Made by a program: the position numbers and the translations under genes
Source: Syntrophaceae bacterium
GTDB taxonomy: Bacteria > Desulfobacterota > Syntrophia > Syntrophales > PHBD01
Assembly: GCA_013177825.1 (NCBI GenBank)
Contig: JABLXX010000004.1
Location: 101,990 to 165,989 of the forward strand
DNA length: 64,000 bases
Direction of reading: 5' to 3'
Shown here: piece by piece, positions 1 to 8,157 of the stretch
Numbering within the stretch: the first letter of the stretch is position 1
Layout of the letters: each line of letters begins with the position of its first letter
Notes under the pieces: model-generated
What the model was told of the DNA's origin: nothing
Seen by the model: only the letters and a program-made list of their open reading frames with translations
Databases searched by the model: none

Positions 1-122
1 TAAAGGCGTTCAGCATCGTGACGCAGCTTCAAAATGGAGAATACAAAAGGCTTTATCCCGCCGAGCTGGCGGATCCGAAAGCAAAGGCCGTGTTCCCCAT
101 GAAACCCTGGGACAAGAGGTAA
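1..122 (+). CDS. 3' end of a CDS cut by the window edge; probably the periplasmic solute-binding protein of the adjacent Liv-type ABC transporter
   Basis: Frame 3 is open from the window edge to TAA 120-122 (...TQLQNGEYKRLYPAELADPKAKAVFPMKPWDKR*). It lies directly upstream of livHMGF-like genes. Function is positional inference only. Confidence 0.4.
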   Translation, partial: KAFSIVTQLQNGEYKRLYPAELADPKAKAVFPMKPWDKR

Positions 123-131
123 GAAGGTGAC

Positions 132-163
132 CCGGGGGGGCGACCGGCCGGTTACCCCCCCGG
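132..163 (+). other. GC-rich intercistronic hairpin (9-bp stem CCGGGGGGG/CCCCCCCGG, 14-nt loop) without U-tract
   Basis: Perfect inverted repeat read at 132-140 and 155-163, between the truncated CDS and livH. There is no T-run, so it is more likely an mRNA stability or processing element than a terminator. Confidence 0.35.
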
Positions 164-274
164 CACATATCCGATATCCGGTTTGCTCACTTCGACAACG
201 GATCGAGTGAACTTTGTACGGGAGCCTTTGGGAGCCCGATACACCGCTCCCAAAGGCTCCTGTTTGTGTATTCA

Positions 275-1135
275 ATGGAAACGGTTCTCCAGGTACTCAT
301 TGATGGGATTTTAAGCGGGCTCCTGTACGCACTGGTGGCCGCCGGTCTATGCCTCATCTGGGGCGTCATGGACGTCATCAATTTCGCCCACGGCGAGTTC
401 CTGATGGTGGCCATGTATGTCAGCTACTGGCTGGGGTTCATGGCCGGCGTTGATCCCCTGGTGTCTGTTCTTGCCGCCGGCGCGTTCGTGTTTCTCCTCG
501 GGGTGCTGACTTACCAGCTGATCGTCAAATACACCGTCGGCAAACCACCGCTCGCGGCGCTCCTGGCCACCTTCGGGCTGGCCATGCTCATCAAGAACTT
601 CTGCCTGAACCGCTTCTCGCCGAACTTCCGCATCCTCTCCGATACGTGGCTGGGCGACAAGACCTATCACCTGGGAGAGCTGATCATCCCCATCCCCCAA
701 CTGGTGACAGGTGTCATTGCGCTGCTCGTCATAGGGCTCATCTACGCACTGATCAACTCCACCCGGTTCGGCTGGGCCGTCCAGGCGACCGCCATGGACA
801 AGGAAGCGGCCGAGCTGATGGGCATCAACACGGAGCGCATCTACCTCCTGATCTTCGGTATCGGTGGGGCGTGTGTGGGCATTGCCGGCGGCATCATGCC
901 GACGTATCTTGCCGTGCATCCCGAGGTGGGCTCGCTTTTCGGGCTCATTGCCTTCATCTGCGTGGCGATGGGGGGGTTCGGGAGCATCCCGGGGGCGCTG
1001 TTCGCGGGCCTGCTCGTGGGGGTTGTGGAGTCGTTCGCGGGGTTTTACATCGCGCCCGTTTTCAAATACGTGGCCGTGTTCGGCCTGTACCTTGCGGTTG
1101 TAGCCTTCAGAAGGAAGGGGCTTTTCGGTTGGTAA
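275..1135 (+). CDS. livH: branched-chain amino acid ABC transporter permease (LivH family)
   Basis: Part of ORF 266..1135. The first ATG at 275 gives METVLQVLIDGILSGLLYALVAAGL..., a multi-TM hydrophobic protein of LivH length and N-terminus. It is followed by livM, livG and livF. Confidence 0.85.
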   Translation: METVLQVLIDGILSGLLYALVAAGLCLIWGVMDVINFAHGEFLMVAMYVSYWLGFMAGVDPLVSVLAAGAFVFLLGVLTYQLIVKYTVGKPPLAALLATFGLAMLIKNFCLNRFSPNFRILSDTWLGDKTYHLGELIIPIPQLVTGVIALLVIGLIYALINSTRFGWAVQATAMDKEAAELMGINTERIYLLIFGIGGACVGIAGGIMPTYLAVHPEVGSLFGLIAFICVAMGGFGSIPGALFAGLLVGVVESFAGFYIAPVFKYVAVFGLYLAVVAFRRKGLFGW

Positions 1136-2151
1136 ATCCGACGAAAAACAGAATCTTCGGCAAGGATGCCGCCTGGCTGCTGTTCCTGGCGGTCGTGGCC
1201 GTCCTGCCCCTTGTGCCGGGTTTTGCGGATAATTCCTTCCGCATGCACGTCTTCATTCTGATCCTGTTGTACGCCAGCATGGCTCAGGCCTGGAACATTC
1301 TCGGCGGTTACTGCGGCCAGGTGTCATTCGGCCATTCGGTGTTTTTCGGGATCGGCGCCTATGGGGCAGCAATGGCCCTGGTGACGTACGGGATGGCGCC
1401 CTGGCCCGGCATCCTGATCGGCATGGCGGCGGCCGGCTTGGTGGCGGTGGTCATCAGTTATCCGTGCTTCAAGCTGAGCGGCCATTATTTCGCCATTGCC
1501 ACCTTCGCCATCGTGGAAATTTTTTTCCGCATGTTCCAGGTATGGGACTGGATCGGTGGGGCCATCGGGCTGGACTATCCCGTGATCGAAGAGGGGCTCT
1601 GGAACCTGGTCTGGTATTCGAAGACCGGGTATTATTACTTCGCCCTGATCCTGTTTGTGGTTGTCTTCGGAGTCGTGCGCTGGCTGGAAGGGCACCGGTT
1701 CGGGTATTACATGAAGGCCGTGCGGGAAGGGCAGGAGACGGCCGAATCGCTGGGCGTCAACAGCGCCATGGTGAAACTCACGGCAATGGCCATCTCGGCG
1801 GTCCTGACGGCCCTTTGCGGTGTTTTCTTCGTGCAGTACAACCTGCGGGTGGACCCGTCCATGGTCATATCCCTTGACATGGCGATGAAGTTTGTCCTCA
1901 TCACCATCCTGGGCGGGGCCGGCACCCTCCTGGGACCCCTGGCCGGTGCGGCAGTCCTCATCCCGCTGCAGGAGTACACCCGGGCGTTCTGGGGCGGACT
2001 GGGCGGCGGCATCGACCTGATCATCTTCGGATTGATCATCATCCTCATGGTCATCAAGCAACCCGCCGGGATCGTAGGGATTTTCCAGGGGATCCGGCAG
2101 CGGATTGCGAAAGCCCGCGGCAAGGGAGGTGCGGAAATTGGCACTCCTTGA
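1129..2151 (+). CDS. livM: branched-chain amino acid ABC transporter permease (LivM family)
   Basis: In-frame 3' part of ORF 646..2151. TTG 1129 sits 8 nt after AAGGAAGGGG (1111-1120) and overlaps the livH stop. Hydrophobic protein with ...AWNILGGYCGQVSFGH.... Start is uncertain (next ATG at 1243). Confidence 0.8.
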   Translation: MVNPTKNRIFGKDAAWLLFLAVVAVLPLVPGFADNSFRMHVFILILLYASMAQAWNILGGYCGQVSFGHSVFFGIGAYGAAMALVTYGMAPWPGILIGMAAAGLVAVVISYPCFKLSGHYFAIATFAIVEIFFRMFQVWDWIGGAIGLDYPVIEEGLWNLVWYSKTGYYYFALILFVVVFGVVRWLEGHRFGYYMKAVREGQETAESLGVNSAMVKLTAMAISAVLTALCGVFFVQYNLRVDPSMVISLDMAMKFVLITILGGAGTLLGPLAGAAVLIPLQEYTRAFWGGLGGGIDLIIFGLIIILMVIKQPAGIVGIFQGIRQRIAKARGKGGAEIGTP

Positions 2152-2893
2152 ACTGAATGAAGTGACTATGAAGTTCGGCGAGCTCGTCGCCAACGACCGG
2201 GTCAGCTTTACCGTGGAAGCCGGTTCGATTGTCGGGCTTATCGGCCCCAATGGCGCGGGGAAAACGACCCTGTTCAATTGTATTTCTGGGCTCTACAAGC
2301 CGTTCAGCGGACGCATTTCCTTCGACGGCAAGGATATAACCGGGCTCACGCCTTATCAAATCGCCCGCAAAGGGGCGGTGCGTACCTTCCAGGTTGTGCG
2401 GCCCCTCAAGGAAATGACGGTTTTCGACAATGTGCTGGTCGGCGCTTTCCTGAAATGCCATGACAACAAAACGGCATTCGAAAAGGCTGCGGAATGCATC
2501 AGGCTGTGCGAGCTTACCCCTTTCCAGGACAAGCTGGCCGGGGGGTTGCCCATCGCCGGGAAGAAGCGCCTGGAAATGGCGAGGGCGCTGGCTGCGGGTC
2601 CCAAGCTGCTCATGCTCGACGAAGTGATGGCGGGCCTCACGTCGACGGAAGTGAAGGCGGCCGTGGAAGTCATCTTGCGCCTGAAAGACAGCGGCCTGAC
2701 CATGATGATCGTGGAACACGTCATGGAGGCCATTATGCCGATCGCCGACAAGGTCGTGGTGCTCGACAGCGGCCTCAAGATCGCCGAAGACGCGCCCGAA
2801 CGCATCGTCAACGATGACAAGGTCATCGAGGCCTATCTCGGGGCGAAATACGCCCAGCGCTTCAAGGAACAGAGGAGTGGAGCCGGTGGCTGA
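2138..2893 (+). CDS. livG: branched-chain amino acid ABC transporter ATP-binding protein (LivG family)
   Basis: ORF 2105..2893. TTG 2138 lies 8 nt after AGGGAGG and overlaps the livM end. Walker A GPNGAGKTT, Walker B LLMLDEVMAG. Start codon choice is uncertain. Confidence 0.85.
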   Translation: MALLELNEVTMKFGELVANDRVSFTVEAGSIVGLIGPNGAGKTTLFNCISGLYKPFSGRISFDGKDITGLTPYQIARKGAVRTFQVVRPLKEMTVFDNVLVGAFLKCHDNKTAFEKAAECIRLCELTPFQDKLAGGLPIAGKKRLEMARALAAGPKLLMLDEVMAGLTSTEVKAAVEVILRLKDSGLTMMIVEHVMEAIMPIADKVVVLDSGLKIAEDAPERIVNDDKVIEAYLGAKYAQRFKEQRSGAGG

Positions 2894-3602
2894 GCCCATC
2901 CTGAAAGTTTCCAGCCTGTATGCGGGCTATGACGGCATCCCCGTCGTCTTTGACGCCTCCCTGGAGGTCATGCCGGGGGAACTGGTCGCGATCGTCGGCG
3001 CGAACGGGGCGGGGAAGTCCACGATCATGCGGACAATCTGCGGTCTCATGCACCCTCTCGAAGGAAGTGTACTCTTCGAGGGTGCCGATATCTCCCGGCT
3101 CCCGGCGAACCGCACCGTTAAGCTCGGCATCAGTTACGTCCCCGAAGGCCGCCGGATTTTCGCCAAGCTCTCGGTTGAGCAAAACCTCGCCCTGGGGGCG
3201 TATGCCGAAGACTCCAAGACGGAGGTCAAGCGCCGCGTGGAGGAGATATTGCAGATATTCCCCGTGCTCAGGGAACGCGCCAGGCAAATCGGCGAAACAC
3301 TGAGCGGCGGCGAGCAGCAGACGCTGGCCATCGCACGCGGCCTCATGTCGCGCCCCAAGCTGCTCATGCTTGACGAGATGTCGCTGGGCCTCATGCCCAC
3401 CATGGTGGAGAAAATGATGGAGACCGTCATTGGCATCAACAAAGCCGGGACCACGATCCTGCTTGTCGAACAGATGGTCCAGGAGACGCTCGAAATCGCC
3501 CACCGCGGCTACGTCATCCAGAGCGGGAATATCGTCCAGTCGGGCACGGGACGCGAACTGCTCGATTCTCCCGATGTCCGCAAGGCATACCTCGGAATGT
3601 AA
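2886..3602 (+). CDS. livF: branched-chain amino acid ABC transporter ATP-binding protein (LivF family)
   Basis: In-frame part of ORF 2814..3602. GTG 2886 follows AGGAGTGGAG and overlaps the livG stop by 8 nt. Walker A GANGAGKST, signature LSGGEQQ, Walker B LLMLDE. Confidence 0.9.
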   Translation: MAEPILKVSSLYAGYDGIPVVFDASLEVMPGELVAIVGANGAGKSTIMRTICGLMHPLEGSVLFEGADISRLPANRTVKLGISYVPEGRRIFAKLSVEQNLALGAYAEDSKTEVKRRVEEILQIFPVLRERARQIGETLSGGEQQTLAIARGLMSRPKLLMLDEMSLGLMPTMVEKMMETVIGINKAGTTILLVEQMVQETLEIAHRGYVIQSGNIVQSGTGRELLDSPDVRKAYLGM

Positions 3603-3650
3603 GCCCTCAACTCCTTTATTAATGAATGTTTAAGCAGGAGGTGGCTTAAG

Positions 3651-4253
3651 ATGAAAAAGCGATTATTTATTGTATTTGGAATTGTATTATTGGTTGCTTA
3701 TCTGTTTGCGAACGCTGCCGCAGCAGAAGCGCAACGCGCCGTTAAGGTAAAAGAAAAGCAAATAATATTAAAAGGTTTAAGTATTGGAATGGATATCAAT
3801 GAAGCACGGAAGATATGTGTAAATTTAATAGGCAAAAACTGGACTGTCAGTCAAGTCGAAGACTCTAATGCTTTGATGTCGCATGATAGGGAGTTTTTCA
3901 AAAAAAACAAGATGCGCATGTTTGGTAAGCAAGGCTTTCTTATGAAAAATAAAGATGGCAATCTGACCGGGTACGGGTTCATCATCGACGATGACGGAAA
4001 CGGCAAGGTTACCGAGATTTTTTTAAGCGGGGAATTAACGGATTACATCTTTCTTACAAATGATGTTCACGCGGATTATTTTGTCGAGGAATTCAAGAAA
4101 AATTTTGGACTGCCGAATCTTCCATGGATCTTTCGCGGATGGCAATACTCAAGTCCACTGGGATATGAGTTAACGATCATGACCGATAAATCAATTGATT
4201 TGAAGAGAAACAAGCCGAATATACCTCGCAGACCGAAAATAAAATTCGATTAA
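3651..4253 (+). CDS. hypothetical exported protein (signal peptide, no recognisable family)
   Basis: ORF 3651..4253 with RBS GCAGGAGG upstream. N-terminus MKKRLFIVFGIVLLVAYLFANAAAA is signal-peptide-like. Low-GC codon usage. Confidence 0.6.
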   Translation: MKKRLFIVFGIVLLVAYLFANAAAAEAQRAVKVKEKQIILKGLSIGMDINEARKICVNLIGKNWTVSQVEDSNALMSHDREFFKKNKMRMFGKQGFLMKNKDGNLTGYGFIIDDDGNGKVTEIFLSGELTDYIFLTNDVHADYFVEEFKKNFGLPNLPWIFRGWQYSSPLGYELTIMTDKSIDLKRNKPNIPRRPKIKFD

Positions 4254-4776
4254 GATGGGCCTTGGCGGAAGGAGGGCAACTCTGACCGCAAGGATGTGCT
4301 TGCACTTGAAGGTGACCTTCTCACCGAAAACGAACAGCATGACTGGACCAGTTTTTAGGAGACCCTCAAAGTGGTTTAAAGTAACATGAAAGGTTGTGCG
4401 AAAGAAGGTGATTGTAATTTCACTTCTATTGGTGGTCTATTTCAATTACTTGGGATGACAGAATACGAATCTCGTGGAGTTTACAGAAAGAAAGATTGAG
4501 AATGGATCCATTATGTATTCAGGGATCCTGCTATTAATAACCTGAAATCTGCAGGCTCCTGCGTTTTCCAGATCCATACCCTTTCATCAACACATACTCC
4601 CTCTCAAAAACACGTTCCTTACGGATCCTCCCCCTATACAACCACCACTTGAGATCTCTTCCCCTGAAGGACTGGAGAAGGCTAGGGAAAGATTCTAAAA
4701 TTTTGTTCACCTCTTGACATCTCCACCAAACTCATTCAGGCTCTTTCCCATACCGTTGCACATAGAGGTCTCCCCC

Positions 4777-5400
4777 ATGAAAAAGAAATACTCCACCTAT
4801 CAGGACGATACCGAAATCAAAAGAATGATTTATAATCTTGTTGGGAGGATAAAGATTTCAGGTGATTGGTTAGTAAAGGTCGTCAAGATAAAATATTTAT
4901 TGGCAACATTGGTTTTGTTATTAACCGGGTGTGTTGGAATACCCGAAAATGTAAAGCCCGTTGATAATTTCAGATTGGAGAGATATCTCGGGACCTGGTA
5001 TGAAATTGCCAGGTTGGATCATCCATTTGAACGAGGTTTGACGCGAGTAACGGCTAATTATAGTATGCGAGATGATGGAGGTGTGAGAGTTATAAATCGC
5101 GGATATTCTGAGAGAGAAAATAAATGGAAAGAAGTTTTGGGGAAGGGCTATTTCGTTAAAGGATCAGACCAAGGTTATCTGAAAGTATCTTTCTTCGGCC
5201 CCTTTTATGGTTCGTATATTGTTTTTGAACTTGACCATGACAATTATCAATATTCGCTTGTGTGTGGTCCTGATAAATCCTATTTATGGATTTTGGCCAG
5301 AAATTCGAAGATTAATGAAGATGTACGAGAAAGGCTGATCGCAAAAGCAGCAGCTTTGGGTTTTGAGACTGGCAAATTAATATATGTCGCTCACGAATAA
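4777..5400 (+). CDS. blc: outer-membrane lipocalin lipoprotein (Blc family)
   Basis: In-frame part of ORF 4714..5400. Lipobox LLLTGC and lipocalin motif ERYLGTWYEIARLDHPFERG. Start is uncertain (ATG 4777 or the later ATG giving MIYNLVG...). Confidence 0.8.
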   Translation: MKKKYSTYQDDTEIKRMIYNLVGRIKISGDWLVKVVKIKYLLATLVLLLTGCVGIPENVKPVDNFRLERYLGTWYEIARLDHPFERGLTRVTANYSMRDDGGVRVINRGYSERENKWKEVLGKGYFVKGSDQGYLKVSFFGPFYGSYIVFELDHDNYQYSLVCGPDKSYLWILARNSKINEDVRERLIAKAAALGFETGKLIYVAHE

Positions 5401-5607
5401 TGATCCGTTTTGGCGAAAGTCCCCGATGACGGATCCGTGGAGGTCAAAAGGCGGGGTGCACGGGAAAACGAGTCCTTTGCTGATCTGGGGGATGATGGAG
5501 GGATTTGCGATCAGGAGGGTGACTGCTCACATAAGCCATTTTCCCCCTTGGTAAACAGGTGTTTGACAGAAGAAAATTATCAATAATCCCTCTGAAGGAG
5601 TAATAAT

Positions 5608-6042
5608 ATGTCTTATCAACAAGAAGAAGTGTCTGTTCGACTGATAAACCAGAAAGTTCAATTTTCAGGGGTATCGAATGCGAATCCCGAGCAGCCAATC
5701 CAGTTTGATTATAACCCTCCAATCGGGGACGGGATGGGTTATAACGGACTTGAATTACTCCTCATGAGCTTTACCGGGTGTAGCGCCACAGCCATCGTTT
5801 ATTTATTGAGAAAAATGAAAAAGACCGTATTTGGATTAGAAGTAAATGCAAGAGGCATAAGGAAAGAGCAGCAGCCAATCAAATTTACAAAGATTTTTAT
5901 TGAATACATAGTTAATTCCAAAGATGTCAGCGATACAGACATTCAAAAGGCGATCCAACTTGCCGAACAATCAGCGTGTCCTGTATGGCAGATGATAAAG
6001 AACAATGTTGAAATTGTTCCGGGATACAAAATCATTGACTAG
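5608..6042 (+). CDS. OsmC/Ohr-family peroxiredoxin-like protein
   Basis: ORF 5608..6042, RBS GAAGGAG upstream. 144 aa with two conserved-looking Cys contexts (FTGCSATAIV and QSACPVWQM) typical of OsmC-fold proteins. Confidence 0.7.
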   Translation: MSYQQEEVSVRLINQKVQFSGVSNANPEQPIQFDYNPPIGDGMGYNGLELLLMSFTGCSATAIVYLLRKMKKTVFGLEVNARGIRKEQQPIKFTKIFIEYIVNSKDVSDTDIQKAIQLAEQSACPVWQMIKNNVEIVPGYKIID

Positions 6043-6260
6043 GAGAATACCAAGAAGAGTTTGACAATTGAAATAAATTGCCAAGAAGGGGAATCTTCTG
6101 TGAACTCCACAAAATACCCAGTGGTGGAGATTATATTGTATTGATTTTTGATGGAATTTAATCTTTCCAATTTTTGATGAAATGTCATAGGAAGAACAAA
6201 CATCGGAATACCCAAGCACATGATATTGATTGTTAGGCTATAACAAAAGGAGATGAATGC

Positions 6261-6641
6261 ATGATCAAACTTGTTTTTTGTGCAAAGCGCCATCCGAATA
6301 TGTCACGGGTTGAATTTCACGACTATTGGTTAAATCATCACGGCCCATTATTTAAGAAGTTTGCTGATACATACAGGGCCGTACGTTATGTGCAGAGCCA
6401 CACCATTGATTCGCCATTAAACGAGAATATCATGAAATCCAGGGGGACAATGGAAGCGTATGATGGTGTTGGTGAGATATGGTGGCAGTCGGAAGAAGAT
6501 TTCCTCGCAGCCATCAATTCACCGGAAGGTCAAAAACTGCGCGTAATGTTTGTTGAAGATGAATCAAAATTCGTTGATCTGAAGGCATCCTCTGTTTTTT
6601 TTACGGTTGAGCACGTTCTCATTGACGGAAAGGTATCGTAA
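6261..6641 (+). CDS. EthD-domain protein
   Basis: ORF 6261..6641, RBS AAAGGAGA upstream. N-terminus MIKLVFCAKRHPNMSRVEFHDYWLNHHGPL matches my memory of EthD-family small dimeric alpha/beta-barrel proteins. Confidence 0.6.
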   Translation: MIKLVFCAKRHPNMSRVEFHDYWLNHHGPLFKKFADTYRAVRYVQSHTIDSPLNENIMKSRGTMEAYDGVGEIWWQSEEDFLAAINSPEGQKLRVMFVEDESKFVDLKASSVFFTVEHVLIDGKVS

Positions 6642-6676
6642 TCAAGGAGAGTGTCAGACAATAGGGTAGCAATTAA

Positions 6677-6716
6677 GAAAAAGGGGGTCACAGAATGTAA
6701 TCTGTGACCCCTTTTG
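6677..6716. terminator. bidirectional rho-independent terminator
   Basis: AAAAA GGGGTCACAGA atgtaa TCTGTGACCCC TTTT. An 11-bp perfect stem (6684-6694 / 6701-6711) is flanked by an A-run and a T-run. It can terminate both the EthD gene (+) and tRNA-Phe (-). Confidence 0.75.
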
Positions 6717-6722
6717 GTGTCA

Positions 6723-6798
6723 TGGTGGGCCAGGGCAGAATTGAACTGCCGACACCCGGATTTTCAGTCCGGTGCTCTACCGACTGAGCTACCGGCCC
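6723..6798 (-). tRNA. tRNA-Phe (anticodon GAA), CCA encoded
   Basis: The reverse complement GGGCCGGTAGCTCAGTCGGTAGAGCACCGGACTGAAAATCCGGGTGTCGGCAGTTCAATTCTGCCCTGGCCCACCA folds as a 76-nt cloverleaf. Acceptor 7 bp (one G-U), D arm GCTC/GAGC, anticodon stem CCGGA/TCCGG with loop CTGAAAA, T arm GGCAG-TTCAATT-CTGCC. Confidence 0.95.
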
Positions 6799-6835
6799 GT
6801 TTTTGCATCGGTTGCTCCCCCGATTGGGGATGCGT

Positions 6836-6864
6836 TTTGTAGTAAATCTCCTTTTCCTTGTCAA
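6836..6864 (-). promoter_or_regulatory. putative sigma70-type promoter for tRNA-Phe
   Basis: Minus strand reads TTGACA (6864-6859), a 17-nt spacer, then TACAAA (6841-6836), about 37 nt upstream of the mature tRNA 5' end. Confidence 0.4.
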
Positions 6865-6871
6865 GCCCTTT

Positions 6872-7375
6872 TTATCCCGCTTCCGGGCCGAAAGGCAGAA
6901 CCATCTGTGGGCTCTCCCTGTGCTCGCCGATCACGATCGTTCCGGCGATCTTGTCGTGCCAGCCCTGCTTCTGGGGATCCACAGCCACCCAGAGGAATCC
7001 CAACAGGAATATGGATGACAGGTGATAGCCCACCCAGCGGAGAAAGGCGAGGCCCGGCGTCATGGGCACGCCGTCCAGCCGGACCACCCGGATCCGGAAG
7101 AGCATCTTGCCGGGGGTCTGCCCGGCGACGCCGTGGAAAAACGTGAAGTAGAAGCAGTTCAGGCACACGAGGGCCAGTCCGTAGAGGACCATGAATGAGG
7201 ATACGGATTCGAAGATGTCCTCCGGCCAGGGGAGCCCCCCCTGAATCCAGGAAAGATTGAGGGCCGCCACCCCTGTGATGAAGAGGAACACGGCGATGGT
7301 GGTGAGGATGAACCAGTCGATGGACATGGCGAACGCCCGCTTCCAGAAGCCGACGTAGGGAATGAGGGAATTCAA
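6872..7375 (-). CDS. RDD-family membrane protein
   Basis: ORF 6872..7375. 167 aa starting MNSLIPYVGFWKRAFAMSIDWFILTTIAV, with 3 predicted TM segments and a WHDKIAGT motif typical of RDD proteins. Confidence 0.7.
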   Translation of the reverse strand: MNSLIPYVGFWKRAFAMSIDWFILTTIAVFLFITGVAALNLSWIQGGLPWPEDIFESVSSFMVLYGLALVCLNCFYFTFFHGVAGQTPGKMLFRIRVVRLDGVPMTPGLAFLRWVGYHLSSIFLLGFLWVAVDPQKQGWHDKIAGTIVIGEHRESPQMVLPFGPEAG

Positions 7376-8157
7376 GATCCTTCCTCCGGAGTTTCTTCTT
7401 CCGCGGCCCTGCCGAGTCCGCCGATCTCGTACTGCAGCATGGCCGCGACGGCCGGGGCGGCCGTCTCTACCTTGAGAACGTTCCTCCCCAGGCTGACGGA
7501 ACGGAACCCCGCCTCCCGGGCCAGGCGGACCTCATCGGCGGTGAGCCCGCCCTCGGGTCCGACGATCAGGCAGTATGCCGCGGCGGTTTTCCGGAGGCTG
7601 CTGATGGTCTCCCGGAACCCCGCCTCCCGCTCCTCCTCCCAGAAGATCAGGCGGCAGGCGTCGTAGGGCAGCGAGGTCCGGACCATCTCCTCGAAAGAGA
7701 GAATGGAATCGACCTCCGGGATGTGGGCCCGCCCCGTCTGGCGGGCCGATTCCTCCGCAATCCGCTGCCACCGGGCGACCCGCGCCGCGCCTTTGTCGGC
7801 GGACAGCCGGGGGACGCTGCGGGCCGAGCGGTAGGGGATGATCCGGCTGACGCCCAGCTCCACGACCTGCCGGATGATGGCGTCCATCTTGTCCCCCTTC
7901 GGGATGGACTGGGCGAGGATGATCGGAACGAATGGATGTTTCCGTGCGGTGCGGTTCAGGATCGTGAGCGTGGCCGAGCTGCCCGAGAAGAAAGAGACGA
8001 CGGCCTCGCACTCGGTGCCGCGGCCGTCGCTGAGAACGATTCCCTCCCCCTCCTTGAGGCGGAGGACATTCTTCAGGTAGTGGCTCTGGGATTCGTCGAT
8101 GATCCGGGCTTCCCCCGGCTCCGGCAGGGAATCCAGAAAGATGCGCGGTCGGGTCAC
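7372..8157 (-). CDS. rsmE: 16S rRNA (uracil1498-N3)-methyltransferase (RsmE family)
   Basis: 3' part of ORF 7372..8775. GTG at 8157 overlaps the prmA stop (GTGA) and gives VTRPRIFLDS.... C-terminal SPOUT motifs IVGPEGGLTADEV and LGRNVLKVETAA. The upstream 200 codons of the ORF are Pro/Arg/Gly-rich read-through. Confidence 0.8.
   Translation of the reverse strand: MTRPRIFLDSLPEPGEARIIDESQSHYLKNVLRLKEGEGIVLSDGRGTECEAVVSFFSGSSATLTILNRTARKHPFVPIILAQSIPKGDKMDAIIRQVVELGVSRIIPYRSARSVPRLSADKGAARVARWQRIAEESARQTGRAHIPEVDSILSFEEMVRTSLPYDACRLIFWEEEREAGFRETISSLRKTAAAYCLIVGPEGGLTADEVRLAREAGFRSVSLGRNVLKVETAAPAVAAMLQYEIGGLGRAAEEETPEEGS

Larger units (their letters stand above)
3603..6722. other. low-GC genomic islet (four small stress/envelope-type genes, no mobility genes) between livF and the 3' end of tRNA-Phe
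   Basis: Base composition drops abruptly after the livF stop. A hand-counted 60-nt sample at 3661-3720 is about 35% GC, against 55-65% in flanking samples. Composition returns to high GC at the tRNA. Confidence 0.55.

Noticed and set aside
4430-4456. TGGTGGTCTATTTCAATTAC inside the low-GC islet, considered as a possible direct repeat of the tRNA-Phe 3' end (TGGTGGGCCAGGGCAGAATTGAAC) marking an att site.
   Set aside because: Only the first 6 nt match and the remainder diverges. This is insufficient to call an attachment-site repeat.
4530-4704. A ~57-codon minus-strand ORF (VNKILESFPSLLQSFRGRDLKWWLYRGRIRKERVFEREYVLMKGYGSGKRRSLQISGY) and several GGATCC palindromes in the gene-free part of the islet, considered as a decayed mobility or toxin gene.
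   Set aside because: No recognisable motif, no RBS, and a GTG start only. It could be a pseudogene remnant, but nothing supports a specific call.
5563-5590. TTGACA at 5563-5568 upstream of the OsmC-like gene, considered as a -35 element. Similar isolated TTGACA hits occur at 4706 and 6060.
   Set aside because: The best -10-like hexamer (AATAAT, 5582-5587) is only 13 nt away. In AT-rich DNA such hexamers occur by chance.
6772-7146. Plus-strand ORFs (6772..7146, 6803..7018) overlapping tRNA-Phe and the RDD gene.
   Set aside because: They start inside the tRNA gene and are antisense to a well-supported membrane-protein ORF. Their composition is low-complexity.
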